DNA of 64,000 nt from Bacteroidales bacterium Bact_09 (GCA_001603455.1 LUZA01000008.1:443-64442); one strand, 5' to 3'. Positions 18,732 through 28,103 are shown, counted from the stretch's first letter. Notes: generated by a model not told the origin, from the sequence alone. A program made the numbers and translations.

Positions 18732-18760
18732 AAAAAAACAAGGCATCATTTGATGTCTTG
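18732..18760 (-). terminator. Rho-independent terminator after tRNA-Met
   Basis: On the minus strand, CAAGACATC-AAAT-GATGCCTTG (9-bp stem with one mismatch) is followed by T7. Confidence 0.5.
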
Positions 18761-18770
18761 TTTTGCTTTG

Positions 18771-18843
<73 letters not shown>

Positions 18844-18868
18844 ATATAGAAGTGCAAAAATACAAATT

Positions 18869-20254
18869 TTACGCCGAAACTCCAAACATATTTAAAAAAT
18901 CCTGAAGTTCAACAGTTTGCTGATCACCCGTAAGAAGGTTTTTCCATGTGACCTGATTGTTTTTCATTTCCTGTTTCCCAATTATGACTGCTTTCTGGAT
19001 TCCCCTGCGGGCTGCATAATCAAACTGCTTTTTCAGTTTTACTTCTTCCGGATACAATTCACAGGAAACGCCCGATGCACGCAATAGTTTCATACATCCC
19101 AGCGCATATGCAGCTTCTTCCCTGCCCATATTGAAAAACACGATCCGAGGTGCATTCATTACCTTTTCCGGAAATTTGTCCAGCCCCAGCAACACATCGT
19201 AGATCCTGTCAGCTCCAAAAGATATGCCCACACCAGACATGTTTTTCAGTCCGAATATTCCTGTCAGGTCGTCGTATCTCCCCCCACCGCATATGCTGCC
19301 AATTGAAAAATCCAGCGCCTTTACCTCAAAGATGGCCCCTGTATAGTAATTCAGACCCCGTGCCAAGCTCAGATCAAGTTCAACCGACTGACCGACGCCT
19401 ACGCACTCGATCATGGAGAACAGCCATTTGATCTCTTCCACACCTTTCATACCGATCTCCGACGCACCATCTTCAAAGAGCCTGGTCAGGAATGCAATTT
19501 TTGACGTGGTTATGCCCTTGAAAAGCAATAGAGGTTCCAGACACGAAAGCCCTTCGGGTGTAATACCCTTTTCCAAAAGCTCCTGCTTCACCCCTTCTAG
19601 CCCGGTCTTATCGAATTTATCCATGGCTACGGTTATATCGGTCAGTCTGTCGGGATATCCCATCACCTGGGCAATACCCGCCAGTACCTTGCGATTATTT
19701 ATCTTCAGCAAAACACGAATGTCAAAGCGGTTAAAAACAGCCTCGACCAGCTGTACCATGTCAAATTCGTTGTACAGTGAATCAGAACCGATCACATCGG
19801 CGTCACATTGGAAAAATTCCCTGTAGCGGCCTTTCTGTGGTCTGTCGGCTCTCCATACGGGCTGGATCTGATAACGTTTGAACGGGAAGGTAAGTTCATT
19901 CTGATGCTGCACAACGAACCGGGCAAAAGGGACCGTCAGATCATAGCGCAGTCCTTTTTCACAAATCTTCAGAGACAGGGCATTGGAATCGATATTAGCA
20001 GGATCGGGATCCACTTGTCCGGCCAGGGGGACAAAACTGTCTCCGGAATTGAGTATCTTGAAAAGCAGACGGTCCCCCTCTTCTCCGTATTTTCCCAATA
20101 AGGTGGAAAGGTTTTCCATAGCAGGTGTTTCTATGGGTGCATAACCGAATTCCTTGAAAACCGTCCTGATTGTGTCAAAAATATAATTCCGGCGGGAAGC
20201 CTCTACCGGGTTAAAGTCGCGTGTTCCTTTGGGAATAGAAGGTTTATGAGCCAT
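18869..20254 (-). CDS. hisS: Histidine--tRNA ligase
   Basis: MAHKPSIPKGTRDF.., class II motifs and GGGRYD. Start trimmed to the internal ATG at 20254. Confidence 0.92.
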   Translation of the reverse strand: MAHKPSIPKGTRDFNPVEASRRNYIFDTIRTVFKEFGYAPIETPAMENLSTLLGKYGEEGDRLLFKILNSGDSFVPLAGQVDPDPANIDSNALSLKICEKGLRYDLTVPFARFVVQHQNELTFPFKRYQIQPVWRADRPQKGRYREFFQCDADVIGSDSLYNEFDMVQLVEAVFNRFDIRVLLKINNRKVLAGIAQVMGYPDRLTDITVAMDKFDKTGLEGVKQELLEKGITPEGLSCLEPLLLFKGITTSKIAFLTRLFEDGASEIGMKGVEEIKWLFSMIECVGVGQSVELDLSLARGLNYYTGAIFEVKALDFSIGSICGGGRYDDLTGIFGLKNMSGVGISFGADRIYDVLLGLDKFPEKVMNAPRIVFFNMGREEAAYALGCMKLLRASGVSCELYPEEVKLKKQFDYAARRGIQKAVIIGKQEMKNNQVTWKNLLTGDQQTVELQDFLNMFGVSA

Positions 20255-20346
20255 TATTATCTGTATTGGTCTGTACAAAAATACGTGAAAATTATATACT
20301 TTGAAAAAAACGGGAAATATGCCCCTGCCCATATCATGGCAGACGC

Positions 20347-21726
20347 TCAGACTCCCAGGTATTCGAGGATTGATTTTGCCGCCTGACGGCCGGCTCCCAT
20401 AGCCAGAATCACCGTGGCAGCTCCGGTAACCACATCCCCTCCGGCAAAAACACCGGAACGCGATGTGATTCCCTTTTCATCGGCAACGATCCCGTTATAG
20501 CGATTCATGGTGAGTCCCGGAGTTGTACGGGCAATTAGTGGATTGGAAGATGTTCCCAGGGCAATGATAGCCACATCGCACACAATATCGAATTCTGAAC
20601 CGGGGATCTCGACAGGTCTTCGCCTGCCACTTTCATCGGGTTCTCCTAACTCCATCCGGATACACCTAAGACCGGTTACCCACCCTTTCTCGTTTCCCAG
20701 AACGGCTACAGGGTTTGTCAGCATCCGGAAGGCCACCCCTTCTTCTTTAGCGTGATGTACTTCCTCCACCCTGGCTGGCATTTCCTTCTCGGTTCGCCGA
20801 TAAACAATGGTTACACCGGCTCCCAGGCGCAAGGCAGTTCTGGCTGCATCCATGGCAACATTCCCTCCACCCACCACTGCCACCCTCTGTCCTACGTAAA
20901 TGGGCGTATCGGAATCGGGCCTGTAAGCTACCATCAGGTTGCTCCGGGTTAAAAACTCATTGGCCGAGACTACTCCGTTGAAATTTTCCCCGGGGATACC
21001 CATAAACTTGGGCAACCCAGCCCCTGATCCCACAAAAATAGCATTAAAACCCTCTTTATCAAACAATTGATCTATCGTTACTGTCCTGCCTACAACCACA
21101 TTACATTCGATTTTCACGCCCAGTTTCTGAACTTGTCCTATCTCATACTCCACCACCTCTTCCTTGGGCAGACGAAATTCCGGAATCCCATAAACCAGCA
21201 CACCCCCTGGTTTGTGCAAGGCTTCAAATATAGTCACATCACATCCGGCTTTGGCCAGGTCTGTGGCACAGGCAAGACCCGCGGGACCGGAACCTATGAC
21301 GGCAACCTTTTTGCCATTGGGAACAGCCTTTGTTACCGTTGAAAAATTATTCTTACGTGCCCAGTCAGCCACATACCGTTCCAGTTTGCCAATGGAAATA
21401 GGTTCGTTTTTAATTCCCATGATACAAGCACCTTCGCATTGCGATTCCTGGGGACAGACGCGTCCACATACAGCCGGCAACGAAGAATCCTGTGCTATAA
21501 TAGATGCTGCCCCGGGCATATCTCCATCTAAAACAGCTTTGATGAACCGGGGAATCTGAATATTTACCGGACATCCGGCCACACATTTAGGATTCTTGCA
21601 TTGTATGCACCGGGAAGCTTCCAGGAATGCTTCCTCTGCATTATAACCGTAACTGACCTCCTCAAAATTCACGGTCCTGGCTTTCGGGTCCTGTTCCCGT
21701 ACCGGAACTCTTATATTCTTAGTCAT
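20347..21726 (-). CDS. GltD-family NADPH-dependent oxidoreductase, NfnB-like large subunit
   Basis: N-terminal Cys clusters (CIQCKNPKCVAGCP and CGRVCPQESQCEGAC) and two dinucleotide folds (VAVIGSGPAGLA and VAVVGGGNVAMD). Overlaps the upstream partner by 8 nt. Confidence 0.8.
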   Translation of the reverse strand: MTKNIRVPVREQDPKARTVNFEEVSYGYNAEEAFLEASRCIQCKNPKCVAGCPVNIQIPRFIKAVLDGDMPGAASIIAQDSSLPAVCGRVCPQESQCEGACIMGIKNEPISIGKLERYVADWARKNNFSTVTKAVPNGKKVAVIGSGPAGLACATDLAKAGCDVTIFEALHKPGGVLVYGIPEFRLPKEEVVEYEIGQVQKLGVKIECNVVVGRTVTIDQLFDKEGFNAIFVGSGAGLPKFMGIPGENFNGVVSANEFLTRSNLMVAYRPDSDTPIYVGQRVAVVGGGNVAMDAARTALRLGAGVTIVYRRTEKEMPARVEEVHHAKEEGVAFRMLTNPVAVLGNEKGWVTGLRCIRMELGEPDESGRRRPVEIPGSEFDIVCDVAIIALGTSSNPLIARTTPGLTMNRYNGIVADEKGITSRSGVFAGGDVVTGAATVILAMGAGRQAAKSILEYLGV

Positions 21727-22576
21727 TCCCCAAACCGATTTTACATTTGTGATCCGCTGCTGTTTCCTGTGTTTTGTACATGGATTGCCTTCTCATAGCT
21801 TCATCAAAATCCACCTGGTAGGCATCAAACTCGGGACCATCCACACAGGCAAAACGTGTCTGCCCACCTACGGTCACCCTACACGCACCGCACATTCCTG
21901 TTCCGTCTACCATAAGGGTATTCATACTCACTATTAGCGGAAGATTGTATTCCCGGGCAATCAGGGTTACGAATTTCATCATGATCATAGGCCCTATAGC
22001 AACTGCTTGGTCGTAACGGGTTCCGTTGTCAAGCAGTCCTTTCATTTTTGCGGTGACCAGCCCTTTAAATCCATAAGAACCGTCTTCGGTACAGATATAA
22101 ATCCGATCGGCTACCTGCCGCATTTCATCTTCCATGATCACCAGATCGCGAGTCTTTGCCCCTATAATCACTTCTACATGTACTCCTTTTTGGTGCAAAT
22201 ACTTCACTTGCGGATAAACAGGTGCCGTTCCCAAACCTCCGGCAACAAATAAATACTTTTTTTTGCGCAGGCTCTCATCATCTTCATGAATGAATTCCGA
22301 AGGCATTCCTAAAGGTCCCACAAAGTCAACAAAGGACTCCCCTTCCTCAAGAGTGAATATCTTCCGGGAAGAAGCTCCTACCCGCTGTGTCACAATGGTC
22401 ACCGATCCGGCTGCCGGATCATGATCACATATAGTCAAAGGAACCCTTTCCCCCTTTTCACCAACCCGAACAATAATGAATTGCCCCGGCCGGGCACTGG
22501 AGGCTACACGGGGTGCCAACACTTCCATCAGACAGATATTGGGTGCCAGAATGCGTTTTTTCAGAATTTTGTACAT
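21719..22576 (-). CDS. PyrK-like FAD/NAD-binding 2Fe-2S protein, NfnA-like small subunit
   Basis: Ferredoxin-reductase-type fold with C-terminal CGACRV......FACVDGPEF. Start trimmed to the ATG at 22576 (MYKILKK..). Confidence 0.78.
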   Translation of the reverse strand: MYKILKKRILAPNICLMEVLAPRVASSARPGQFIIVRVGEKGERVPLTICDHDPAAGSVTIVTQRVGASSRKIFTLEEGESFVDFVGPLGMPSEFIHEDDESLRKKKYLFVAGGLGTAPVYPQVKYLHQKGVHVEVIIGAKTRDLVIMEDEMRQVADRIYICTEDGSYGFKGLVTAKMKGLLDNGTRYDQAVAIGPMIMMKFVTLIAREYNLPLIVSMNTLMVDGTGMCGACRVTVGGQTRFACVDGPEFDAYQVDFDEAMRRQSMYKTQETAADHKCKIGLGND

Positions 22577-22633
22577 AAACCGGATCTTCTTAAAACGCGG
22601 CAAATATATAAAAAAATTGCCTCCCTCACCGGA

Positions 22634-25180
22634 TCAGGGTAATCTGTTAAAAATATATCCCCTGCTTTTTAGCTTCCTGATGATCAGGTTGAGATAGTTG
22701 TACAGCCTGTCAGTCCGGGACGCTTCCACTCCCGGATGAATCAGCACAATGGCGCCCTTCAATCCCTGCTCTTTTTCTAAATCAATAAGTTGTTCTATCA
22801 GTTCACGGGAACTCTTGTAAGAAGACATATCCGGTGTAGTATAATCTGCCCTGGTCAAAATGCCGGGGGTCAGATGGAGCACTTCCAAACCCATGGAAGC
22901 AGCCACCCGTACGGTTTCGGTATTGAAGTGCTCGTAGGACGGCATAAACCAGCGAACCTGCGAAAGATCCACTCCTGCACGAGCCAGCTCAGCCATATTG
23001 GCGGCTATATCGTTTCGCAGGCTGTCGGGAGAAACAAGAGATTTTTCAATATCTCCGTCCCAGGGTGCATAGAGCAGGTGTTTGTCCCCGTGAGGACCCA
23101 CATAATGGCCCTGACGAATGATTTCCTGTACCAGCTCCTGCCATTGGGGATTGCGAAGGCAATTGCCTGTAAGGAAGAAAGAAGCCCTGATTCCGTGCTT
23201 TTTCAATGTTTCCAGAACGGTCCGGCCCCCTTCAAAACGTTCGTCAGCCGTGAAGGTCAGGTATATTTCACGTGATCCGGGATTTATCCGTATAATTCCT
23301 CCCCTGATATCCCTTTCGGTTACCGGCCGGATGTCGTTTTCTCTGAGCCACAGCGCTTCTTTTCTGCCTTCGGACTCCCGCCGTGCCAGATAATAACTGA
23401 GCGAGGCAGTTCCGTCCATGGTCGGTTCGTTGGTGGCATAATCCCAGATCTCGTCCTGATACAGGGCCACCCCCTGATTGAAGGGAGCATAAGACTCGAC
23501 CCCGTCTGCCATCGATATATACTGACTGTGGTCTTTCAGGCGTTCCCTCAACTGCGGACCGTCAATCAGGCCGCCCGGGGTACTTTTGCCCAAGGTCGGC
23601 AGGTACGAAGTATGGGGCCGCTCGGGATAATCACCTCCTTTTGGAAAATCCACAATCATGGACGTTCCCCAGGGATTGCACCCGAAGAGCCAGTCGCGCA
23701 GCGAGGCTTCCATTTCACAATAAGTCTCATCTCCTGTGATCCTGTTGTAAAGATCGGCCTGGGTTACGGCCGCAACGACCATGTTGTTGGAACACCACAT
23801 AAACGGGACCCCGTTCATAAAAGCACAGTCCTTACTCCGCTGCCTGATATGCTCAAGTCCCCTGCGCATGAATTCGGTGTATTTCTCTGCCATGGGCGTA
23901 TCCGATGATGCCAGGTAATAATGCCCTAAATTCACGAAAGGATAAAACTGGTAATGCCTGGCTCTTCCCAGTTCCATCCAAGGAGTCACTTCTTCCAGCT
24001 GACCCCAGTAATCCGCCTTTTCCAGCCATTCCTCCCCTGCTCCCAGGTGATGGAAAACGGCTGCCGCCAACTGGATGTCATCTACGTAATTGTCTTCTTC
24101 GTAAAAATAGGGGGATACCACGCAGCATGTCTGGGTGTTGCCGGGTTTTTCTTCCGCAAAAACATATGCTGGCAGTGCTTTGGCCTTCATTTGTGAAGCA
24201 AATTCAGGGTCCAGTTCTTTGAACAATTCCGCTCCCATGGCAAAAGCCGAGGCAAATTTCCCTGCCGAGGAGGCAACGCCGGTAGTCCGATTGATATGCT
24301 CTGCCAGTCCCTGTCTTTCCCCGGTTATAAAATAGACAGGACGGCCTTTGCCGGGACCCCATCCGTAATCGGCCCGATCGTTGACCGGAAGCCTGAATCC
24401 CACGTGATCCCTGTCATCGGCAATCTGGTTGAACATAACCTTGTCTTCCGGATTCATTTTCAAAAGCCACTCCAGTCCCCAGCGGATCTCGTCCAGAATA
24501 TCGGGGATCCCGTTGGCACCCGGACGGCCCGTGGCATCAAAGCGGTCCCCGAATACCGATTTATCTTCTGTTTGCGTGTAAGCGAACATCATCTGAAATG
24601 TGGCATTGGCACTGGTCGTGAGGTATTGCAGGTAATCTGTGGCATCGTGCCAGCCGCCCCTGACATCTATCTTTTCCCCGGAGCGTTCCGGATGCAGGAC
24701 TATGTAGCCGTCATGCTGATGACATTGGGCATCCAGGAAGGGATTGTCCCCGCAACGCTGCTGTCGCATGTAATTCAAAAGAAAATCAGCTGTCCCGTCA
24801 TATACTTCTGCGCCAATGCGAAAACCCGGCGATTCCACCGTACCCTTTCCGGGCAGGTCCATGCTTATGCGGTATCCGCCTTCCTGTTGCAAACCGGAAA
24901 AATACAGCCTGTAGGCTTTTCCCATACCCCATTTTGCTGCCGGGACTTCTGCCATCAGTCCGTTTTCCTGTGATCCTAAAAAAACACACGTTCCGTCACG
25001 CATGTCCAGGATCCGGAAACTGAGTGGGTCTGTTTCTTCTTTTGACAGGAACACAGCCACCTTGATGTCTCCCGGCAGGTAACCCGCCTGGTTGATGCGT
25101 ATCCAAGCACCCGTTTCCTGTGCCGTCAGCGATTGCAGGGTAATCGTGCAGATCAGCGTGCAAAGGAATGATCTCAACAT
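22634..25180 (-). CDS. Secreted glycoside hydrolase family 9 fused to a C-terminal polysaccharide deacetylase (CE4-like) domain
   Basis: Signal peptide and an Ig-like N-domain. GH9 motifs are DVRGGWHDATDYLQY and YATNEPTMDG. The C-terminal roughly 220 aa (about 22637-23308) reads IYLTFTADE...G..VL..L.KHGI.ASFFLTG....GHYVGPHGDKH, typical of NodB/CE4 domains. Confidence 0.78.
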   Translation of the reverse strand: MLRSFLCTLICTITLQSLTAQETGAWIRINQAGYLPGDIKVAVFLSKEETDPLSFRILDMRDGTCVFLGSQENGLMAEVPAAKWGMGKAYRLYFSGLQQEGGYRISMDLPGKGTVESPGFRIGAEVYDGTADFLLNYMRQQRCGDNPFLDAQCHQHDGYIVLHPERSGEKIDVRGGWHDATDYLQYLTTSANATFQMMFAYTQTEDKSVFGDRFDATGRPGANGIPDILDEIRWGLEWLLKMNPEDKVMFNQIADDRDHVGFRLPVNDRADYGWGPGKGRPVYFITGERQGLAEHINRTTGVASSAGKFASAFAMGAELFKELDPEFASQMKAKALPAYVFAEEKPGNTQTCCVVSPYFYEEDNYVDDIQLAAAVFHHLGAGEEWLEKADYWGQLEEVTPWMELGRARHYQFYPFVNLGHYYLASSDTPMAEKYTEFMRRGLEHIRQRSKDCAFMNGVPFMWCSNNMVVAAVTQADLYNRITGDETYCEMEASLRDWLFGCNPWGTSMIVDFPKGGDYPERPHTSYLPTLGKSTPGGLIDGPQLRERLKDHSQYISMADGVESYAPFNQGVALYQDEIWDYATNEPTMDGTASLSYYLARRESEGRKEALWLRENDIRPVTERDIRGGIIRINPGSREIYLTFTADERFEGGRTVLETLKKHGIRASFFLTGNCLRNPQWQELVQEIIRQGHYVGPHGDKHLLYAPWDGDIEKSLVSPDSLRNDIAANMAELARAGVDLSQVRWFMPSYEHFNTETVRVAASMGLEVLHLTPGILTRADYTTPDMSSYKSSRELIEQLIDLEKEQGLKGAIVLIHPGVEASRTDRLYNYLNLIIRKLKSRGYIFNRLP

Positions 25181-25224
25181 AATGCTATATTTTTGATGGT
25201 CTCTTATGCAAATATATCTATAAT

Positions 25225-27564
25225 TTACCGAGACAATAACAGGCGCATACCGGCATAAATCCTTATCCCCGTTAGGGGGCCCCAGATAATACTGGCATTG
25301 AACCGGTCAGAGAAGGGGTCGTCAGCAGAAATAATGGGATCGGGCTGTCTGTAATTCAACAGGTTTTCCCCTCCTGCATAAACCTCGACCTTATTGAATT
25401 TTCGGGTAATCTGGGCATAGAACATAGGGAAAACCGGAGAATACCTTTCATCGGTACCGGCGGTAAATGCAGGAATCCTTGCCGGACCGTTCAATTGCGC
25501 CGTAACATCAAAGATCCAAATGTCTGTGGGTGTTGTGTACTGAAGGTTCAGTACTCCCTTGAATTTGCTTGTCAAAGGCCGGTCCGTCAGCCCCTGTCCT
25601 TTTAAATGTACTTTGGAATCGTTGTAGCGAAAAGTGGCTAGTACCGAGAATCCGTCAAAAGGTTCGGTAATAAAATCGGCCTGCCATGTATTGGTAAACG
25701 AACGGCCTTCCAGGTTATAAAAAAGGATGGAAGGGACCTGGGCATCCCACATATATTCCTGATCGGCGATCAGCTGGTTCATGAAATCGGTGCGAAAATA
25801 TTCCAGGCTCAGCGAAGAAGAGCCTCCGTGTCCGAATGGCAAACCCAATGTCAGATTCAACCCATAGGTCCAGGCCTCTTCCTGGCCGGGCGTTCCTTCA
25901 AAAAGGATCCTGCGGCCGGTAGATAGTACCCCTATGTGGTCGATAATGCTGTTGGGAGAACGGAAGCCCCTTCCGGCCGTTGCCCTGAAGACAAGGTCCT
26001 CAGTAAAATTATACCGCATATTTACACCCGGAGTAAATAACCATCCGTAGAGGGTATTGAAATCAGCCCGGGCCCCGGCTATCAAAACCAGTTTATCGTC
26101 CCAATGCAGCGTATATTCCCCGTAAGCACCATAAATATCTTCCCGGTGGCCCATGTCAAACACCTCCTCTCCCCCCGCATGCCACCTGTCCGTCAAAACC
26201 TGGTCAAGACGTTCCCACAGGGCACTTACGCCCATGGTAATTTTATGGTGCCGGCCAATGCTCGACATAAAAACAGCATTGGCAAAAACATCGTGTTGGA
26301 GGGCGTTAAAATCCTTTAAGCCAAAGTAGGCATCCTGACTATGCAGGTTGTAGTCCATCACCAGGGCGATGTTCGGGTCTATGTGATTTTCATCTTCCCC
26401 TGAAATTTCAGTCTCATGCTCATGCTCATGCTCATGTTCATGCTCATGTTCATGCTCATGCGTCACGAGCGGTATACCCAGTTTTGCCCAGGCATTGACG
26501 CCCCTGTTTAAGATACGGGATCCCCAAAGTACGTTATCCCTGGACTGTCCGGGCATTACCCAAATATTTCCTTTTTGTCCGCCCTTCCTGTCTTCATACA
26601 ACCCGCGGAATCCAAAACGGAGCTGCAGCCCCAAAGCATCGGCGTACAACCACCGGTTGGCAAGTGAATATCGATTGGTCAGCGGTTCATCCAAAAAACC
26701 GTCGCCATCGGCATCGTGCTGCATCAAATCCGCAGCACCATGAGCCAGAATCACGGTACTCCAGTTGTCATTGAGCTGTAACGAAGAGACAACGTTCGCC
26801 TCGGTTCTCAACGTATTGTTCAGAAACAGGTTTACGAACAGTGGCATTTGTGTGGTGGGTTTTCGGTATTCCATGTTGATCTGGCCGGTGATCGCCTCAT
26901 AACCGTTCACTACCGATCCTGTTCCCTTGGCAATCTGTATGCTTTCCAGCCATTGGCCGGGAACAAAGGAAAGGCCGAAAGGCACCTGGATCCCCCTCAT
27001 GGCAGGACGGTTTTCTTCCAGCATCTGGGTGTAATTTCCGCTCAGCCCTAAAAGCCGGATCTGCCGAGCCCCTGTGACCGCATCGGAATACCCGACCGAG
27101 ACACTGGCAGAATTCTCAAAACTCTCGGCAAGGTTGCAACAGGCCATTTTGCACAGGCCTGCTGCAGTGATTACTTCGGTCTTTACCGGAGCCATGCGGG
27201 AAATATAATTACCCTGCCGGTGACCGGTAATATCGAGCGTTGGAAGTGTCCCTGCATCTTCATATAGAATGAATTCTATGCCGTCCTGTCCAAATCCCAC
27301 CAAAACGGTATCTTCTGCATACCCCATATAAGAAGCGGCCAGCATCCGGGAAGAGGCGGCCTCAATACGGAATGTGCCGTCTTCGTTTGTATATACATGA
27401 TGTTCCACCGGATCGCCGTGATTTGCCGGAACCCAGTAAACGAGAGCTGCACCGGCAGGCTGAACGTTACCTTGGTTATCTGAAATAAGTACCTTTCCCC
27501 TGTAAGTTTGTGCATGTAATAAAAATGGGAATATGATAAAAAGGCTGATAATTGATCTTTTCAT
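25225..27564 (-). CDS. TonB-dependent outer-membrane receptor with carboxypeptidase-regulatory-like N-domain and (HE)8 insertion
   Basis: Signal peptide and a CarbopepD_reg-like start (YRGKVLISDNQGNVQPAG..). Plug motifs are present (..ITAAGL.K.A..NLAESFENSASV.V.YSDAV.GARQIRLLGLSG.YTQML.EN), followed by a long beta-barrel. THEHEHEHEHEHEHEHETE lies mid-barrel. Confidence 0.85.
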   Translation of the reverse strand: MKRSIISLFIIFPFLLHAQTYRGKVLISDNQGNVQPAGAALVYWVPANHGDPVEHHVYTNEDGTFRIEAASSRMLAASYMGYAEDTVLVGFGQDGIEFILYEDAGTLPTLDITGHRQGNYISRMAPVKTEVITAAGLCKMACCNLAESFENSASVSVGYSDAVTGARQIRLLGLSGNYTQMLEENRPAMRGIQVPFGLSFVPGQWLESIQIAKGTGSVVNGYEAITGQINMEYRKPTTQMPLFVNLFLNNTLRTEANVVSSLQLNDNWSTVILAHGAADLMQHDADGDGFLDEPLTNRYSLANRWLYADALGLQLRFGFRGLYEDRKGGQKGNIWVMPGQSRDNVLWGSRILNRGVNAWAKLGIPLVTHEHEHEHEHEHEHEHETEISGEDENHIDPNIALVMDYNLHSQDAYFGLKDFNALQHDVFANAVFMSSIGRHHKITMGVSALWERLDQVLTDRWHAGGEEVFDMGHREDIYGAYGEYTLHWDDKLVLIAGARADFNTLYGWLFTPGVNMRYNFTEDLVFRATAGRGFRSPNSIIDHIGVLSTGRRILFEGTPGQEEAWTYGLNLTLGLPFGHGGSSSLSLEYFRTDFMNQLIADQEYMWDAQVPSILFYNLEGRSFTNTWQADFITEPFDGFSVLATFRYNDSKVHLKGQGLTDRPLTSKFKGVLNLQYTTPTDIWIFDVTAQLNGPARIPAFTAGTDERYSPVFPMFYAQITRKFNKVEVYAGGENLLNYRQPDPIISADDPFSDRFNASIIWGPLTGIRIYAGMRLLLSR
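26413..26460 (-). repeat. Hexanucleotide tandem repeat (8 units CATGAG/CATGAA on the coding strand) encoding (His-Glu)8
   Basis: The plus strand reads ctcatg ctcatg ctcatg ctcatg ttcatg ctcatg ttcatg ctcatg. Confidence 0.9.
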
Positions 27565-27624
27565 TGGTCGTTGCTTTTGTTAATAATGGATAAATATCTT
27601 ACATACATAGCGTAAAACAATCCA

Positions 27625-28053
27625 TTACAAACGCAACGGGACCATATGGCTTTCCTGAAAAAGTAATTGTTCCAAAGGTCTGGGATGTAAAAGCCTTGCA
27701 AATTGCACGCAGGGAACGTCAAAACTGTTCTCTGACATACGGGCAGAAAACATCCCCAGTAGCTTATATGCCAAGACACTGCCCGGAGCATCCGATTCGT
27801 CTTCAGGCATTGAGGGATCATCCACCAAAAACACCCGCGTACTGCAGCAATCATCATCGTGATGTGCAGGACAGCAACCGGAATGGCATTGATCTCCCTG
27901 AGCATGAATTGCCTGGCAGGAAAAATCTCTGGCAAACAGCAATACATAATGTGATCCGTCTTGCAGGCAGTAGTGGATAGGAAAACCCGCCGTGGCTATA
28001 AGATATAAGCCGGCAAGCACCAGGCAGAATACGGTTTTAGTAAATTTTCTCAT
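27625..28053 (-). CDS. Small N-terminally anchored Cys/His-rich protein upstream of the TonB-dependent receptor
   Basis: MRKFTKTVFCLVLAGLYLIATAG (TM/signal anchor), then PIHYC and FSCQAIHAQGDQCHSGCCPAHHDDDCCS. The track start at 28065 is a TTG; ATG 28053 is used here. A minus-strand -7 box TATATTTG (plus 28063-28070) has TTTG 18 nt upstream. Confidence 0.5.
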   Translation of the reverse strand: MRKFTKTVFCLVLAGLYLIATAGFPIHYCLQDGSHYVLLFARDFSCQAIHAQGDQCHSGCCPAHHDDDCCSTRVFLVDDPSMPEDESDAPGSVLAYKLLGMFSARMSENSFDVPCVQFARLLHPRPLEQLLFQESHMVPLRL

Positions 28054-28075
28054 TCCTGTATGCAAATATAATGGT

Positions 28076-28083
28076 TACTTTTG
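28076..28083 (+). promoter_or_regulatory. Candidate -7 box for sppA, back-to-back with the divergent box at 28063-28070
   Basis: TACTTTTG matches TAnnTTTG and sits 20 nt upstream of the ATG at 28104. Confidence 0.3.
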
Positions 28084-28103
28084 TAAAACAAATATTGCCA
28101 CAG

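Noticed and set aside
18550-18770. Possible integration scar or genomic-island boundary next to tRNA-Met
   Set aside because: No integrase, no transposase and no visible direct repeat of the tRNA 3' end. Only a roughly 35-codon stop-to-stop fragment (21 codons from its ATG) and the tRNA terminator are present. Both flanks are housekeeping or conserved genes.
27561-27947. Alternative 128-aa ORF overlapping the Cys/His-rich small gene
   Set aside because: It is in a different frame from 27625-28053, would overlap the receptor start, and has no signal or metal-ligand logic. The 27625-28053 frame has an anchor helix, clustered ligands and a properly spaced -7 box. It remains a formal alternative.
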